NCBI GenBank assembly: GCA_903933395.1
Contig: CAIZKA010000082.1
Coordinates: 1-42,099 of the forward strand
Direction of reading: 5' to 3'
Length of the DNA stretch: 42,099 nt
DNA from: an uncultured beta proteobacterium
GTDB lineage: Bacteria > Pseudomonadota > Gammaproteobacteria > Burkholderiales > Rhodocyclaceae
A program made the translations under genes and the position numbers. Under the pieces are notes generated by a model. It saw only the letters and a program-made list of their open reading frames with translations. It had not been told where the DNA came from and did not search any database. This document shows positions 1 to 9,657 of the stretch, piece after piece (positions within the stretch are counted from its first letter, which is position 1; each line of letters opens with the position of its first letter).

Positions 1-421
1 ACTGCCCTGGGAGCGTCTGCAGATCGCCGTGATCTCGATCGCCTCGGCCGAGGCGGCGCTGGACTGGACCATCCAATACACCAACGAACGCAAGGCCTTC
101 GGCCAGGAGATCGCCAAGTTCCAGAACACCCGCTTCAAGCTCGCCGAACTCAAGACCGAGATTCAGATCGGCCGCGTCTTCGTCGACCGCTGCATCGAAC
201 TTCTGCTGGAAAACAAGCTCGATCCGGCGACGGCCTCGATGGCCAAGTACTGGTGCACCGATTTGCAGTTCAAGGTCATGGATGAGTGCGTGCAGCTGCA
301 CGGCGGCTACGGCTACATGTGGGACTACCCGATCACCCGCGCCTGGGCCGACGCCCGCGTGCAGCGCATCTACGGCGGCACCAACGAAATCATGAAAGAA
401 CTCATCTCGCGGAGTCTTTGA
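1..421 (+). CDS. Acyl-CoA dehydrogenase, C-terminal part (5' truncated by window edge)
   Basis: Frame open from base 2 (LPWERLQIAV...). ACAD motifs RKAFGQ, QLHGGYGY, IYGGTNEIMKELI. Stop TGA overlaps the next ATG (TGATG). Confidence 0.93.
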   Translation, partial: LPWERLQIAVISIASAEAALDWTIQYTNERKAFGQEIAKFQNTRFKLAELKTEIQIGRVFVDRCIELLLENKLDPATASMAKYWCTDLQFKVMDECVQLHGGYGYMWDYPITRAWADARVQRIYGGTNEIMKELISRSL

Positions 422-1629
422 TGGCCGATGCGTATATTTTCGACGCCCTGCGCACGCCGCGCGGCAAGGGCAAGCAGGGCGGGGCGCTGAACCAGGCTCC
501 GCCGATCTACCTGGCGGCCACCGCCTTGCGCGCTCTGCGCGACCGCAACCACCTTGACACCTCGCAGGTCGACGACGTGGTGCTCGGCTGCGTCGAGCCG
601 GTGGGCGAGCAGGGCGCCGACATCGCGCGCGTCGCCGCGCTCTACGCCGATTACGCCACCAGCGCGCCTGGCGTCACGGTCAGCCGCTTCTGCGCCTCGG
701 GGCTGGAGGCCTGCAACCAGGCGGCGGCGCAGATCATGGCGGGTCAGGCCGATCTGGTGGTGGGCGGCGGCGTCGAGTCGATGTCGCGCGTGCCGATGTT
801 CTCGTCGGGCGGTGCCTGGCCCATCGATCCGCAGGTGGCGGCGAAGACGGGCTTCGTGCCGCAGGGCATCTCGGCCGACCTGATCGCCACGAAGTGGGGC
901 TTCTCGCGCCGGGACGTCGATGCCTATGCCGCCGAATCCCAACGTCGGGCCAAGGCCGCCTGGGACGAAGGCCGCTTCGCGAAATCCATCGTGCCGGTGA
1001 AGGATATCAATGGCCTGGTCATGCTGGCCCACGACGAATACATGCGGCCGGAAACCACCATGGAGTCGCTGGCGTCACTCAAGCCCGCCTTCGAGGAACA
1101 GGGCGGGAAATATGGTTTCAACAGCGTCATGTTGCAGCGCTATCCGGAAGTCGAGCGCATCGAGCACGTGCATCACGCCGGCAACAGTTCGGGCATCGTC
1201 GATGGCGCCGCCGCCGTGCTCTTCGGCACGAAGGAGATGGGCGCCGCGCTGGGCCTGAAACCGCGCGCCCGCATTCGTTCCTTCGCCTCGATCGGTTCCG
1301 AGCCCTCGATCATGCTGACCGGCCCTTCCTATGCGGCCGAAAAAGCCCTCAAGCGCGCCGGCATGAAGGTAGGCGATATCGACCTGTTCGAGCTCAACGA
1401 GGCCTTCGCCGCCGTGGTACTGCGCTTCATGCAGGTGCTGGAGGTCGGGCACGACAAGATAAACGTCAATGGCGGGGCGATTGCCATGGGCCATCCGCTG
1501 GGCGCCACCGGCGCCATGATCCTCGGCACCCTGCTCGATGAAATGGAGCGGCGTGGCGTGGCCACGGGATTGGCAACGTTGTGCGTCGGCGCGGGTATGG
1601 GAACAGCAACGATCATAGAGCGAGTCTGA
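421..1629 (+). CDS. Acetyl-CoA C-acyltransferase (thiolase)
   Basis: Real start MADAYIFDALRTPRGKG at 421, not 286. Motifs RFCASG, NEAF, GHPLGATG, LCVGAGMG. Confidence 0.95.
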   Translation: MADAYIFDALRTPRGKGKQGGALNQAPPIYLAATALRALRDRNHLDTSQVDDVVLGCVEPVGEQGADIARVAALYADYATSAPGVTVSRFCASGLEACNQAAAQIMAGQADLVVGGGVESMSRVPMFSSGGAWPIDPQVAAKTGFVPQGISADLIATKWGFSRRDVDAYAAESQRRAKAAWDEGRFAKSIVPVKDINGLVMLAHDEYMRPETTMESLASLKPAFEEQGGKYGFNSVMLQRYPEVERIEHVHHAGNSSGIVDGAAAVLFGTKEMGAALGLKPRARIRSFASIGSEPSIMLTGPSYAAEKALKRAGMKVGDIDLFELNEAFAAVVLRFMQVLEVGHDKINVNGGAIAMGHPLGATGAMILGTLLDEMERRGVATGLATLCVGAGMGTATIIERV

Positions 1630-1630
1630 C

Positions 1631-3799
1631 ATGCTGAATTACACGGTCGATGCCGAAGGCATAGCCACGCTGGAATGGGATTACCCGGGCAAGTCGCAGA
1701 ACATCCTCAACCATGCTTCGCTGACGACCTTCGTCGAGGCCTGCCGCATGGCGCTGGCCGATACCTCCGTCCGCGGCCTGCTGATCTGCTCGGCGAAGAA
1801 GGACTTCATCGCCGGCGGTGATCTTGCCGAACTCGCCGGCGTTACCGACGCGGCGGCTTTTCACGCCGCGATCGTCGCCTGGCGCGGATTCATGCGTTCC
1901 CTTGAACTCGGCGGCAAGCCGGTCGCCGCAGCCTTGAACGGCAGCACGCTGGGCGGCGGCATGGAACTGGCGCTTGCCTTTCACTACCGCGTCGCGGCGG
2001 ACAACCCCAAAGCGCGCTTCGGCTTCCCCGAAGTGACCCTGGGCCTCTTGCCCGGGGCCGGCGGCACGCAGCGCCTGCCGCGCCTGATCGGCATGCAGGC
2101 GGCGGCGCCGCTGCTCATGGAAGGCAAGCGCATCACGGCAGCCGAGGCCCTGAAAATCGGCATGATCCATGCCGTGGTGCCGGCCGGCGAAGAGCGCCAT
2201 ACAGCGCGCAAATGGATACTGGATGCCATCGCTTCCGGGGTCAGGCCGCTGCAGCCATGGGATGTGAAAGGCTTCAAGATTCCCGGCGGCGGCCCCGGCA
2301 CGCCCCACGGAATGCAGATGTTCATGGCGGCCAACGCCATGCTGCGCGCAAAGACCTTCGACAACTACCCGGCGCCGAAGCACATCCTCTCCTGCATCTA
2401 TGAAGGCCTGGCGACCGACTTCGACACAGGCCTGGCGATCGAGGCGCGCTACTTCACCAACCTGGTGATTTCGCCGGTGTCGAAGAACATGATCCGCAGC
2501 CTGTTCTTCGGCATGCAGGACGCCAACAAGCTGGCCTCGCGCCCGGCCGGTGTGGTGCAACAGAAATATACGAAGATCGGCATGCTCGGTGCCGGCATGA
2601 TGGGTGCCGGCATTGCAATGTCTACTGCGACGGCCGGCATCGCGGTGGTGCTGCTCGACACGACGCAGGAAGCGGCGGAAATGGGCAAGGCCTACGCCCG
2701 TGCCCAGTGGAGCAAACAGGTGCAGAAAGGTCGCATGACGGCCGACGCCATGGAAGCCCTGCTGGCACGCATCCATCCCACCGCCGACTACGCCGAACTC
2801 AAGGGCTGCGAGCTGGTGATCGAGGCCGTGTTCGAGCAGCGCGAGATCAAGGCGGCGGTGACTCAGCAGGCCGAAGCCGTGATCGCCGCGGATGCGATCT
2901 TCGCCTCCAACACCTCGACCCTGCCGATCACCGGTCTGGCAGACGCATCCGTGCGCCCGGCCAATTTCATCGGCCTGCATTTCTTCTCGCCGGCGGAGAA
3001 GATGCCGCTGGTCGAGATCATCGTCGGCAAGGCCACATCGGACGCCACGCTGGCGCGCGCCATGGATTTCGTCCGTGCCATCGCCAAGACGCCCATCGTG
3101 GTCAATGATTCGCGCGGCTTCTACACCAGCCGCGTTTTCGGCACTTACGTTGCGGAAGGCATGGCCCTGCTCGAAGAAGGTGTGCCGCCGGCGCTGATCG
3201 ACAAGGCCGGGCTGATCGCCGGCATGCCGGTGGGCCCGCTGGCGTTGGCCGACGAAATTTCCATCGAACTGGTGCACAAGATCGGGCAGCAGACGAAAGC
3301 CGATCTCGGCGCCGCCTTTGTCGAACGCGCCGCGGACCGCATCGCGGCGAAGATGGTGGTGGATCTGGGCCGCCTCGGCCGTAAGTCGGGTGCGGGCTTC
3401 TACGACTATCCGGCCGATGGTTCAAAGTACCTGTGGCCGGGGCTGGCGCGGCACTTCCCTGCAAGAGTTCCCGCAGGGACGCAGAGCGCTGGCGCTGGCG
3501 ACACGGCGATTCCCACCGTGGACGAGATCATCGAACGCCTGATCCTCGTTCAGTCCGTCGAAACCGCGCGCTGCCTCGAAGAAAAGGTGCTGCGCGCGCC
3601 CATCGACGCCGATGTCGGCGCCATACTCGGCTGGGGCTACCCGCCCTTCCGCGGCGGGCCGGTCGGCTGGCTGCATACCCTGGGCCTGCCTGCGGCGGTG
3701 GCGGCGCTGGATCGCCTCGCGGCAAAGCATGGCTCGCGCTTTGCCGCACCGACGATTCTGCGCGACATGGCGGCGAGCGGCGAGCGCTTCTACGCCTGA
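1631..3799 (+). CDS. Multifunctional enoyl-CoA hydratase / 3-hydroxyacyl-CoA dehydrogenase (FadB/FadJ family)
   Basis: Crotonase motifs GGGMELAL and PEVTLGLLPGAGGTQR; Rossmann GAGMMG; SNTSTLPI; GLHFFSP. Confidence 0.95.
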   Translation: MLNYTVDAEGIATLEWDYPGKSQNILNHASLTTFVEACRMALADTSVRGLLICSAKKDFIAGGDLAELAGVTDAAAFHAAIVAWRGFMRSLELGGKPVAAALNGSTLGGGMELALAFHYRVAADNPKARFGFPEVTLGLLPGAGGTQRLPRLIGMQAAAPLLMEGKRITAAEALKIGMIHAVVPAGEERHTARKWILDAIASGVRPLQPWDVKGFKIPGGGPGTPHGMQMFMAANAMLRAKTFDNYPAPKHILSCIYEGLATDFDTGLAIEARYFTNLVISPVSKNMIRSLFFGMQDANKLASRPAGVVQQKYTKIGMLGAGMMGAGIAMSTATAGIAVVLLDTTQEAAEMGKAYARAQWSKQVQKGRMTADAMEALLARIHPTADYAELKGCELVIEAVFEQREIKAAVTQQAEAVIAADAIFASNTSTLPITGLADASVRPANFIGLHFFSPAEKMPLVEIIVGKATSDATLARAMDFVRAIAKTPIVVNDSRGFYTSRVFGTYVAEGMALLEEGVPPALIDKAGLIAGMPVGPLALADEISIELVHKIGQQTKADLGAAFVERAADRIAAKMVVDLGRLGRKSGAGFYDYPADGSKYLWPGLARHFPARVPAGTQSAGAGDTAIPTVDEIIERLILVQSVETARCLEEKVLRAPIDADVGAILGWGYPPFRGGPVGWLHTLGLPAAVAALDRLAAKHGSRFAAPTILRDMAASGERFYA

Positions 3800-3848
3800 G
3801 GCGAAAGTCGGCGCCAGCGACACGGCGGCCGGGCCTCCCCGGGCAGTA

Positions 3849-6113
3849 TCAGGACGACGCCTCCTGCAGTTCCCGGTTGACGTAGCGCAGGCGGGTCGCC
3901 ATTTCGGTGCTCAGGTTGAAGAGGACGGTCGCCGCGATGCCGGGATGACTGCGACGTATTTCGTCGAAATGCGTTCGCGTCAGCTTGAGCACCACGCTGT
4001 CCTCATCGGCGGCCAGATCTGCCGAGCGCGGCAGGCCATCGAGCAGGCCCATCTCGCCGAATACGACGCCGGGGGCGAGGGAGGCCACGCGTTTGCGGCC
4101 CGACTCGCCGCGCAGGTAAACGCTGACGCTGCCCGAAATCACCGCGTAGATCCCATCCGCGGCGTCGCCGGTGGAGAAGATCGGCGCGCCACGCTGGAAG
4201 TGAAGTTCGATCAGCGCGTCCTGCAATGTCTGCAGGTCGTTCTGATCGAGACTGCGACCGAGCTGGGTCTCGCGCACCGATAGCAGGCGGTCGCGGGGTT
4301 CCGGCAATTCGAAATTGGTCAGCAGGTCTTCTTCAGCCCATTCCAGTGCCCCGTCCGCGTTTTCGAACCAGAAACGCCGCTCCGGCAGCCCGGTGCCGCC
4401 CAGCATCGTCAACATTCGGGCACGGGCGCCGTCCGGGTTGATCGAGGCAAATATCAGTTGGCAACGCTTTGCCGCCCCCTCGCGCGTCGCCTGCTGCAGA
4501 ATTCTTGCGCCGGTGGCATCGATATCCGTGATGCGGCGGAAATCCAGGACCAGATACTCGGACTTGGCCGCAATTCGCTCGATTTCGCGCGAAAGCTTGT
4601 CGGCCGTGCCGAAGAACAGGGGGCCTTCCAGTTCCAGCATGACGATGCGCCAGCCCTCGCGCTCCAGTTCCCGCATGCGCGAAATGCTGCGCTGGCGCAG
4701 CGAATGAAAGTGACTACCGTGCAGTTCGCGCCGGATCACGCTGCCGCTATTGCGACGGACGAAAAGCAGCATCGCGCCGATCACGCCGACGAACACGGCG
4801 GCAATCAAGCTGACCACCACGGCGGTGACGACCACGGTCAGCATCACCAGATAGTTGCCCAGCAGGGTACGGTGCTGGTTCGGCGTCAGGCCGTGGCCCT
4901 GCAGCAGTTGCCGTGGCAGGCGACGGCTCCATTCGTCAACCATGATCCACGACACCGCCGCCAGCAGCCCCCCCGTGACGGCCAGGGGCAGGTAAGCGAT
5001 CGTCTCGACCGCAGCCAGCATCCCTGCCGCAATCAGCGCATAGATCAGCGCCGACCAGCGCGTGCGCGCCCCGGCATTGACACTGTTGGAACAGCGCGCC
5101 AGGCCGGCGGCGCTCAGCAAGCCTCCGGCGCAGGCGCTGAGCACGTTGGCCAGTCCCTGCGACAGCAGTTCGCGATTCGAGTTGTGGCGTTCGTGCAGCA
5201 TGCCGTCCACCACGGATGCCGTCAGCAGGGATTCCACCGTGGCCAGCAGGGCGAGGCCGCAGGCAGAGGGGATCAGGGACGGGATCATCGCCCGCAGTTG
5301 CGGATCGCCGAGGATGGTCTGGAAGCCGCGCAGCACGTTGAGGTCCGGCCACTTCGTGGCGACCTCGTCGAGCGTGGCGCCCGCCCGTTCCGGACCCGCC
5401 ACGGCGGCGATCAGGTAATGCAGCAGCAGGCCGCCGGCCAGGGCCACCATCAACGGCGGCAGCTTTGCGAAAAAGCGTGGCGGCCGCAGCGCGATCGCGA
5501 TGGTGACCAGGCCCACCAGCACCGCGCCTGGCTTAACCGTTGCCAACTGGTCGGTGAATCCATGCCACGAACCGGCGTTGGGTAAGCCCAGCAAGGGGCG
5601 CACGGCAGTGAGCAGGATCAGCAGCGCCGCGCCATTGATGAAGCCGGCCAGCACCGGGTAGGGCATGTACTTGAACAGGCGGCCGATGTTCGCCAGGCTC
5701 ATCAGCACCTGGACAATGCCGGCCATGGCCAGTGTCAGCATGGTGAAGGCAAGTATCAGTGGAACGTCGGGCGTTCCATCGAAACGCAGCTTGGCGGCGA
5801 GGTCGCCGATCAGCACGGCGATGGCCAGCACCAGGGTCGGCCGCGTGCCGCCCAGCAAGCCCGGCCGCGCGGTGCCGAGCGCGCCGACAAGGTTGCTGAT
5901 CAGCGCACAATAGATCGCCGCCAGTACGCCGACCGCCACGAATTCCGGACCAAGGGGGGCGAAGGCAATGATTCCGTAGTTGGCCTCGATCGGTATGCTG
6001 ACCAGGGATGCGGTCAGCGGGCCGAGAAAGTCACCGGGGAAAACAGGGCGGGCGATTTTCAGGGGCGCATCCTTTTTTGCGGCTGTTTGATTCAGTACGG
6101 AGGATGCTGACAT
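3849..6113 (-). CDS. SulP/SLC26 anion transporter with STAS and C-terminal cyclic-nucleotide-binding domains
   Basis: Hydrophobic SulP core (PYPVLAGFING, NRELLSQGLAN); STAS (LEGPLFFGTA, LDFRRITDIDATG); cNMP domain (VFGEMGLLDGLPRSA). Confidence 0.9.
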   Translation of the reverse strand: MSASSVLNQTAAKKDAPLKIARPVFPGDFLGPLTASLVSIPIEANYGIIAFAPLGPEFVAVGVLAAIYCALISNLVGALGTARPGLLGGTRPTLVLAIAVLIGDLAAKLRFDGTPDVPLILAFTMLTLAMAGIVQVLMSLANIGRLFKYMPYPVLAGFINGAALLILLTAVRPLLGLPNAGSWHGFTDQLATVKPGAVLVGLVTIAIALRPPRFFAKLPPLMVALAGGLLLHYLIAAVAGPERAGATLDEVATKWPDLNVLRGFQTILGDPQLRAMIPSLIPSACGLALLATVESLLTASVVDGMLHERHNSNRELLSQGLANVLSACAGGLLSAAGLARCSNSVNAGARTRWSALIYALIAAGMLAAVETIAYLPLAVTGGLLAAVSWIMVDEWSRRLPRQLLQGHGLTPNQHRTLLGNYLVMLTVVVTAVVVSLIAAVFVGVIGAMLLFVRRNSGSVIRRELHGSHFHSLRQRSISRMRELEREGWRIVMLELEGPLFFGTADKLSREIERIAAKSEYLVLDFRRITDIDATGARILQQATREGAAKRCQLIFASINPDGARARMLTMLGGTGLPERRFWFENADGALEWAEEDLLTNFELPEPRDRLLSVRETQLGRSLDQNDLQTLQDALIELHFQRGAPIFSTGDAADGIYAVISGSVSVYLRGESGRKRVASLAPGVVFGEMGLLDGLPRSADLAADEDSVVLKLTRTHFDEIRRSHPGIAATVLFNLSTEMATRLRYVNRELQEASS

Positions 6114-6134
6114 GGCCCGGCATTGGCAGGAATT

Positions 6135-6163
6135 GCAATAGTTGAATCATAAACAACAATTGC
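6135..6163. promoter_or_regulatory. AT-rich inverted repeat upstream of sulP (candidate operator)
   Basis: GCAATAGTTG-N9-CAACAATTGC (9/10 match between arms), about 20-50 bp before the sulP start. Confidence 0.4.
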
Positions 6164-6195
6164 CGGAAAAACGCACCGCCGCATTTCCGGAGTCA

Positions 6196-7365
6196 TCAGG
6201 CCTTGCGCGGCACGCTCGGCGTCACCAGTACCTTCCCGAACACCGCGAAGCAGAGCGCGAACGCCGTTGCCCACAGCACGGCGGAGAGCGTTACCACCGC
6301 GCTGCCCAGGCCGTGGACGGTGGCCGCGAGGCGCAGCAAGGCCGCGGCGAACATCAGGCCATAAGCGACCAGCATGGCGCCGGGTACGTCGAGCGGGCGG
6401 CCGGTGTGGCGCAGGCTGACGCGGGTCATGAGGCCGAGCATCATCAGGCCCAGGCTGCCGACGGTGAAGGCATGCAGCCAGGCGGCTTCGGGCACGATTC
6501 CGGTCAGCTCGGCGGCGGCCTTGAGGGCGAAAGCAAACACCAGCCAGGCGAAACCCAGGTGCATCACCAGCACCAGCGGCACATCGGCCACCCGCCAGCC
6601 TTTCCAGCGCGCGCAGCGCCAGCCGTGCAACGCGGTACAGGCCAGCGCGGCGGCGCCGGTCCAGACGGCGGGGGCGGCGAGGAGGTCGAGTGCGGCGAGC
6701 AGCAGCAGCGCGCCGGTGGCGGCGATCTCCAGCGGCATGTTGCACGGCGCCGGCGTGCCGCGCCCTTTCTCGCGCAGGGCGTTGCCGGTGAAAACCGGCG
6801 CCAGCACGCCGCCCTTGAGGACGTAGAGCACGATGATGGCGTAAATCGCCAGGCGCAGCGCGGTCCCGGCCTGACCGTGGTTCGCAGTGAACAGGGCGTG
6901 GTGGTAGGTCGCGTTGGCGGCGAACAGCGCCAGCAGGACGGGCAGCAGCAGCAGGTAGAGCCGGTTGGCGGCACCCAGCAGTTGCGGCGTCAGCATGATC
7001 AATGCGGCGGGGAACAGCAGACAGTCGATGGCGCCCGGCAGCAGCGGCGGCAGCCAGGGGGAAGTCCAGACGGCGATGCGCCCGAGGAGCCACAGTGCGA
7101 CGAGTAACATCAGCCGCCCGCCGCGGATTTCCTCTGTACCCGCCCAGCTCGGCAACGCTGTCAGGACGATGCCGGTGATGATGGCTGCGGCAAAGCCGAA
7201 GATGAACTCGTGGCCATGTTGCAACTTCAGCGGCACTTCGCCGGTCGGCAGGTTCCACAGGCCGAGATAGGCCCCCAGCCACGCTGCGACCAGCAGCGGG
7301 GCATAGAGCGCGCCGAGGAAATAGAAGGGGCGGAAGGCGCTGGCCCAGAGTGGCGATGAGGTCAA
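6196..7365 (-). CDS. nnrS: NnrS family membrane protein
   Basis: AFRPFYFLG, HGHEFIFGF, LTALPSW, HAFTVG and MTRVSLRHTGRP motifs. Likely TTG start at 7365; the ORF extension to 7638 overlaps the kinase gene. Confidence 0.88.
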   Translation of the reverse strand: MTSSPLWASAFRPFYFLGALYAPLLVAAWLGAYLGLWNLPTGEVPLKLQHGHEFIFGFAAAIITGIVLTALPSWAGTEEIRGGRLMLLVALWLLGRIAVWTSPWLPPLLPGAIDCLLFPAALIMLTPQLLGAANRLYLLLLPVLLALFAANATYHHALFTANHGQAGTALRLAIYAIIVLYVLKGGVLAPVFTGNALREKGRGTPAPCNMPLEIAATGALLLLAALDLLAAPAVWTGAAALACTALHGWRCARWKGWRVADVPLVLVMHLGFAWLVFAFALKAAAELTGIVPEAAWLHAFTVGSLGLMMLGLMTRVSLRHTGRPLDVPGAMLVAYGLMFAAALLRLAATVHGLGSAVVTLSAVLWATAFALCFAVFGKVLVTPSVPRKA

Positions 7366-7433
7366 GGTTTTGGTTGGCTGGAAAGATAAGGGGGTTCCCG
7401 GGCGAACGAGGGACGCGTATTGGCTTGGTGTTC

Positions 7434-9014
7434 TTAGCGAGGTGGCCGGGTATTCTGCGGAGATTGGAAGCTGTCCTGACGCCCGGACAGTGAACCCGGC
7501 AATCCGTCTTTTCGCTCGCCAAGTTTTTGCGGTCGGCAAATCAGGGTACCGCCGGCCGGCATCACGCATGTTCCGTTGATGCTTTCGTTGCGGCCGTCGA
7601 GGAGAAAGCAGCCGGCGCCGGCGACCTTTCCCGCACATGCATTCATGGCTTCGAGAAACAGGGCACGACGGCGTGCGTTGTCGTTCGGGTTCTCCCTGGC
7701 TGCCGGCACGTCGTCGGCGGGGCTCCTGACATCGGCGGACGGCGCCTGGGCAGTGCCGGGAGCCGGGCCGGCAGGTTCGGGGAAAGTCGTCGTGGTCTGT
7801 ACCTGCGGCAGTTTGGACACGGCCGCCGTCGCGGCGACCGGCGCCTGGGTTGCAGGCGGGCGACGAAATTCAAGCATGGCGAAGAATAGCGACGCGAACA
7901 GGAGAAGCAGGGCCAGGAAGGGGTGGGCGATCATTGCCTGTCCGATGCGCGCCGGCAATCCCGGTTCGGGCACTTCCTCCATGTACAGCGTCGGTTGCGG
8001 CCTGGCGGATTGGGTCGCCTTGCCCGGGCTGCGATCCGGCGAACCAGCGGTTGCGGCAGGTGCCTTGTTGTCGATGCCGCTGCGGTCGATATGATTTGTC
8101 GTTGCGCTGATGCCGGCATGACCGGAAGCGCCACGGGTCAGCAAAGCCCGCCACTCGGCGATGCTTTGGGGACGTTTGGTTTCATCGAGATTCAATGCCA
8201 GGTCGATCGCGTCGAGAAACTCCGCGCTGAAGCGGCCTTCGCCTGAAAAAGTTGCGGGAATCATCACGTCGTTCGTGATGCGGTGAATGGACATGGGCGG
8301 GACGACTCCCGCCACGATCCGGTAGAGCACCCCCGCCATGGCATAGATGTCCGTCCACGGCCCCTGGTGGCTATGACGCGAATACTGTTCCGGCGGCCCG
8401 TAGCCGTGGCTCAAGACGACGGTCAGGGCGTCGGTGCCGGTGGGACTTCTGGCGGCTCCGAAATCGATCAGCACCGGGCTGTCGTCTTCGGCGCGAAGGA
8501 TGATATTGGCCGGCTTGATATCCCTGTGCAGGAAGCCGGCCTGATGCACCGACTCCAGGCCGTCCAGCAAGGGCATGACCAGGGCGAGAACGGACTGCTG
8601 GTTCCAGCGCCCCGGGTCCTTTGCCAGCACCTGCTCCAGGCTCATGCCTTCTTCATAGGCCATGACCATGTAGCAGGTTCCGTTGCCTTCGAAGTAGCGG
8701 AACGCCTGGACGATGTTCTTGTGCCGGAATCGCGCCAGCGTCTGCGCCTCGCGCATGAAGCGTTCTTTTCCCCAGGCGTACTCGGCCTGGGCCTCTTCCG
8801 ACTTCAACGCCACCGAACCTGAAAACTGGTTGCGCACCGCCACGCTTGACGGGAAATACTCCTTTAACGCGACCTTCAACTGCAGGTAGTTGTCGGCCGC
8901 CAGATAGGTAATGCCGAAGCCTCCCATGCCCAGCACCGAAAGCAGGCTGTACTCCTTCAGCAGGTGGCCTGACGGCAAGGCTTGCGACAGTGTCTGTGGC
9001 TGATCGGCGGCCAA
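7434..9014 (-). CDS. Hanks-type Ser/Thr protein kinase with one TM helix and a small Cys-rich C-terminal domain
   Basis: GMGGFG, VALKE, HRDIKPAN, DFG, PPEQ, DIYAMAG. TM segment HPFLALLLLFASLFFAML, then a Pro/Ala linker and a 4-Cys tail. TTG start uncertain. Confidence 0.9.
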   Translation of the reverse strand: MAADQPQTLSQALPSGHLLKEYSLLSVLGMGGFGITYLAADNYLQLKVALKEYFPSSVAVRNQFSGSVALKSEEAQAEYAWGKERFMREAQTLARFRHKNIVQAFRYFEGNGTCYMVMAYEEGMSLEQVLAKDPGRWNQQSVLALVMPLLDGLESVHQAGFLHRDIKPANIILRAEDDSPVLIDFGAARSPTGTDALTVVLSHGYGPPEQYSRHSHQGPWTDIYAMAGVLYRIVAGVVPPMSIHRITNDVMIPATFSGEGRFSAEFLDAIDLALNLDETKRPQSIAEWRALLTRGASGHAGISATTNHIDRSGIDNKAPAATAGSPDRSPGKATQSARPQPTLYMEEVPEPGLPARIGQAMIAHPFLALLLLFASLFFAMLEFRRPPATQAPVAATAAVSKLPQVQTTTTFPEPAGPAPGTAQAPSADVRSPADDVPAARENPNDNARRRALFLEAMNACAGKVAGAGCFLLDGRNESINGTCVMPAGGTLICRPQKLGERKDGLPGSLSGRQDSFQSPQNTRPPR

Positions 9015-9168
9015 GGCAGGGGTCCGGTTGTTGGTCTGGTTGTCGGCTAATGGTAGCGTAAAGCGTCAATGCCGTTTGAATCCCGGCCCGGGGAACAGGC
9101 AGATGGAAATCGGGCGTCAATGATCCCGATGTCTTGCGCTTCCCCTTCCGGGCGAAGCGATCACGGCA

Positions 9169-9657
9169 TCAGGCGGCTTGTGCCATGACGGCGTGTGCCT
9201 GATCGAAGGCCGCCATCAGTTCCTTCTGCCTTGCCTGCGCCCGGAGGATCGAGCGCTCCTTGACCGGGCCGTAGCCGAGGACGGTTTCCGGAATGCCCGC
9301 CAGCGCCACGGCTGCACCGAGATTGTCGCGATCGAGATGCTCCAAGACGTGCGCCAGCGTGCGCTCGTAACCGGCGGTCAGTTCGCGTTCCTGGCGGCGT
9401 TCGACGGTTTCGTCGGGATTGACGGACAGCCGGTGGGCCGCTGCGGCAGGCTCGCCGGCGGCGGTCAGGGCTTCGACGCCCGCCGGATCATGGGCCGCAC
9501 GACGTCCCCAGGAAAATGCGCGGCGATTCTCCGCCGCCGCGGCACCGTTGAGTTCTATCGCACGCAGCAGGGCATCGGACGACAGCGGTATGAACCCGCG
9601 CTGGAAGGCTTAGCCGAGCATGAAGATGTTGGTGGCGATCGAAGTTCCCGTCAGGCG
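9169..9657 (-). pseudogene. 3' remnant of a second single-chain indolepyruvate oxidoreductase-family gene
   Basis: Reads RLTGTSIATNIFMLG*AFQRGFIPLSSDALLRAIELNG...GYGPVKERS...AQAA*, homologous to the C-terminus of 14209-17703. In-frame TAA at 9610-9612 and an internal ~393-nt deletion. Confidence 0.9.

Noticed and set aside
3798-3819. GGCGAAAGTCGGCGC-like motif recurring at ~35095 and, inverted, at ~39440
   Set aside because: Short GC-rich hairpin-type sequence; too short to call a repeat family without a genome-wide count.
9145-9158. TTCCGGGCGAA recurring in intergenic DNA (~7395, ~9146, ~17798)
   Set aside because: 11-mer embedded in GC-rich hairpins at inconsistent distances from start codons; chance cannot be excluded.
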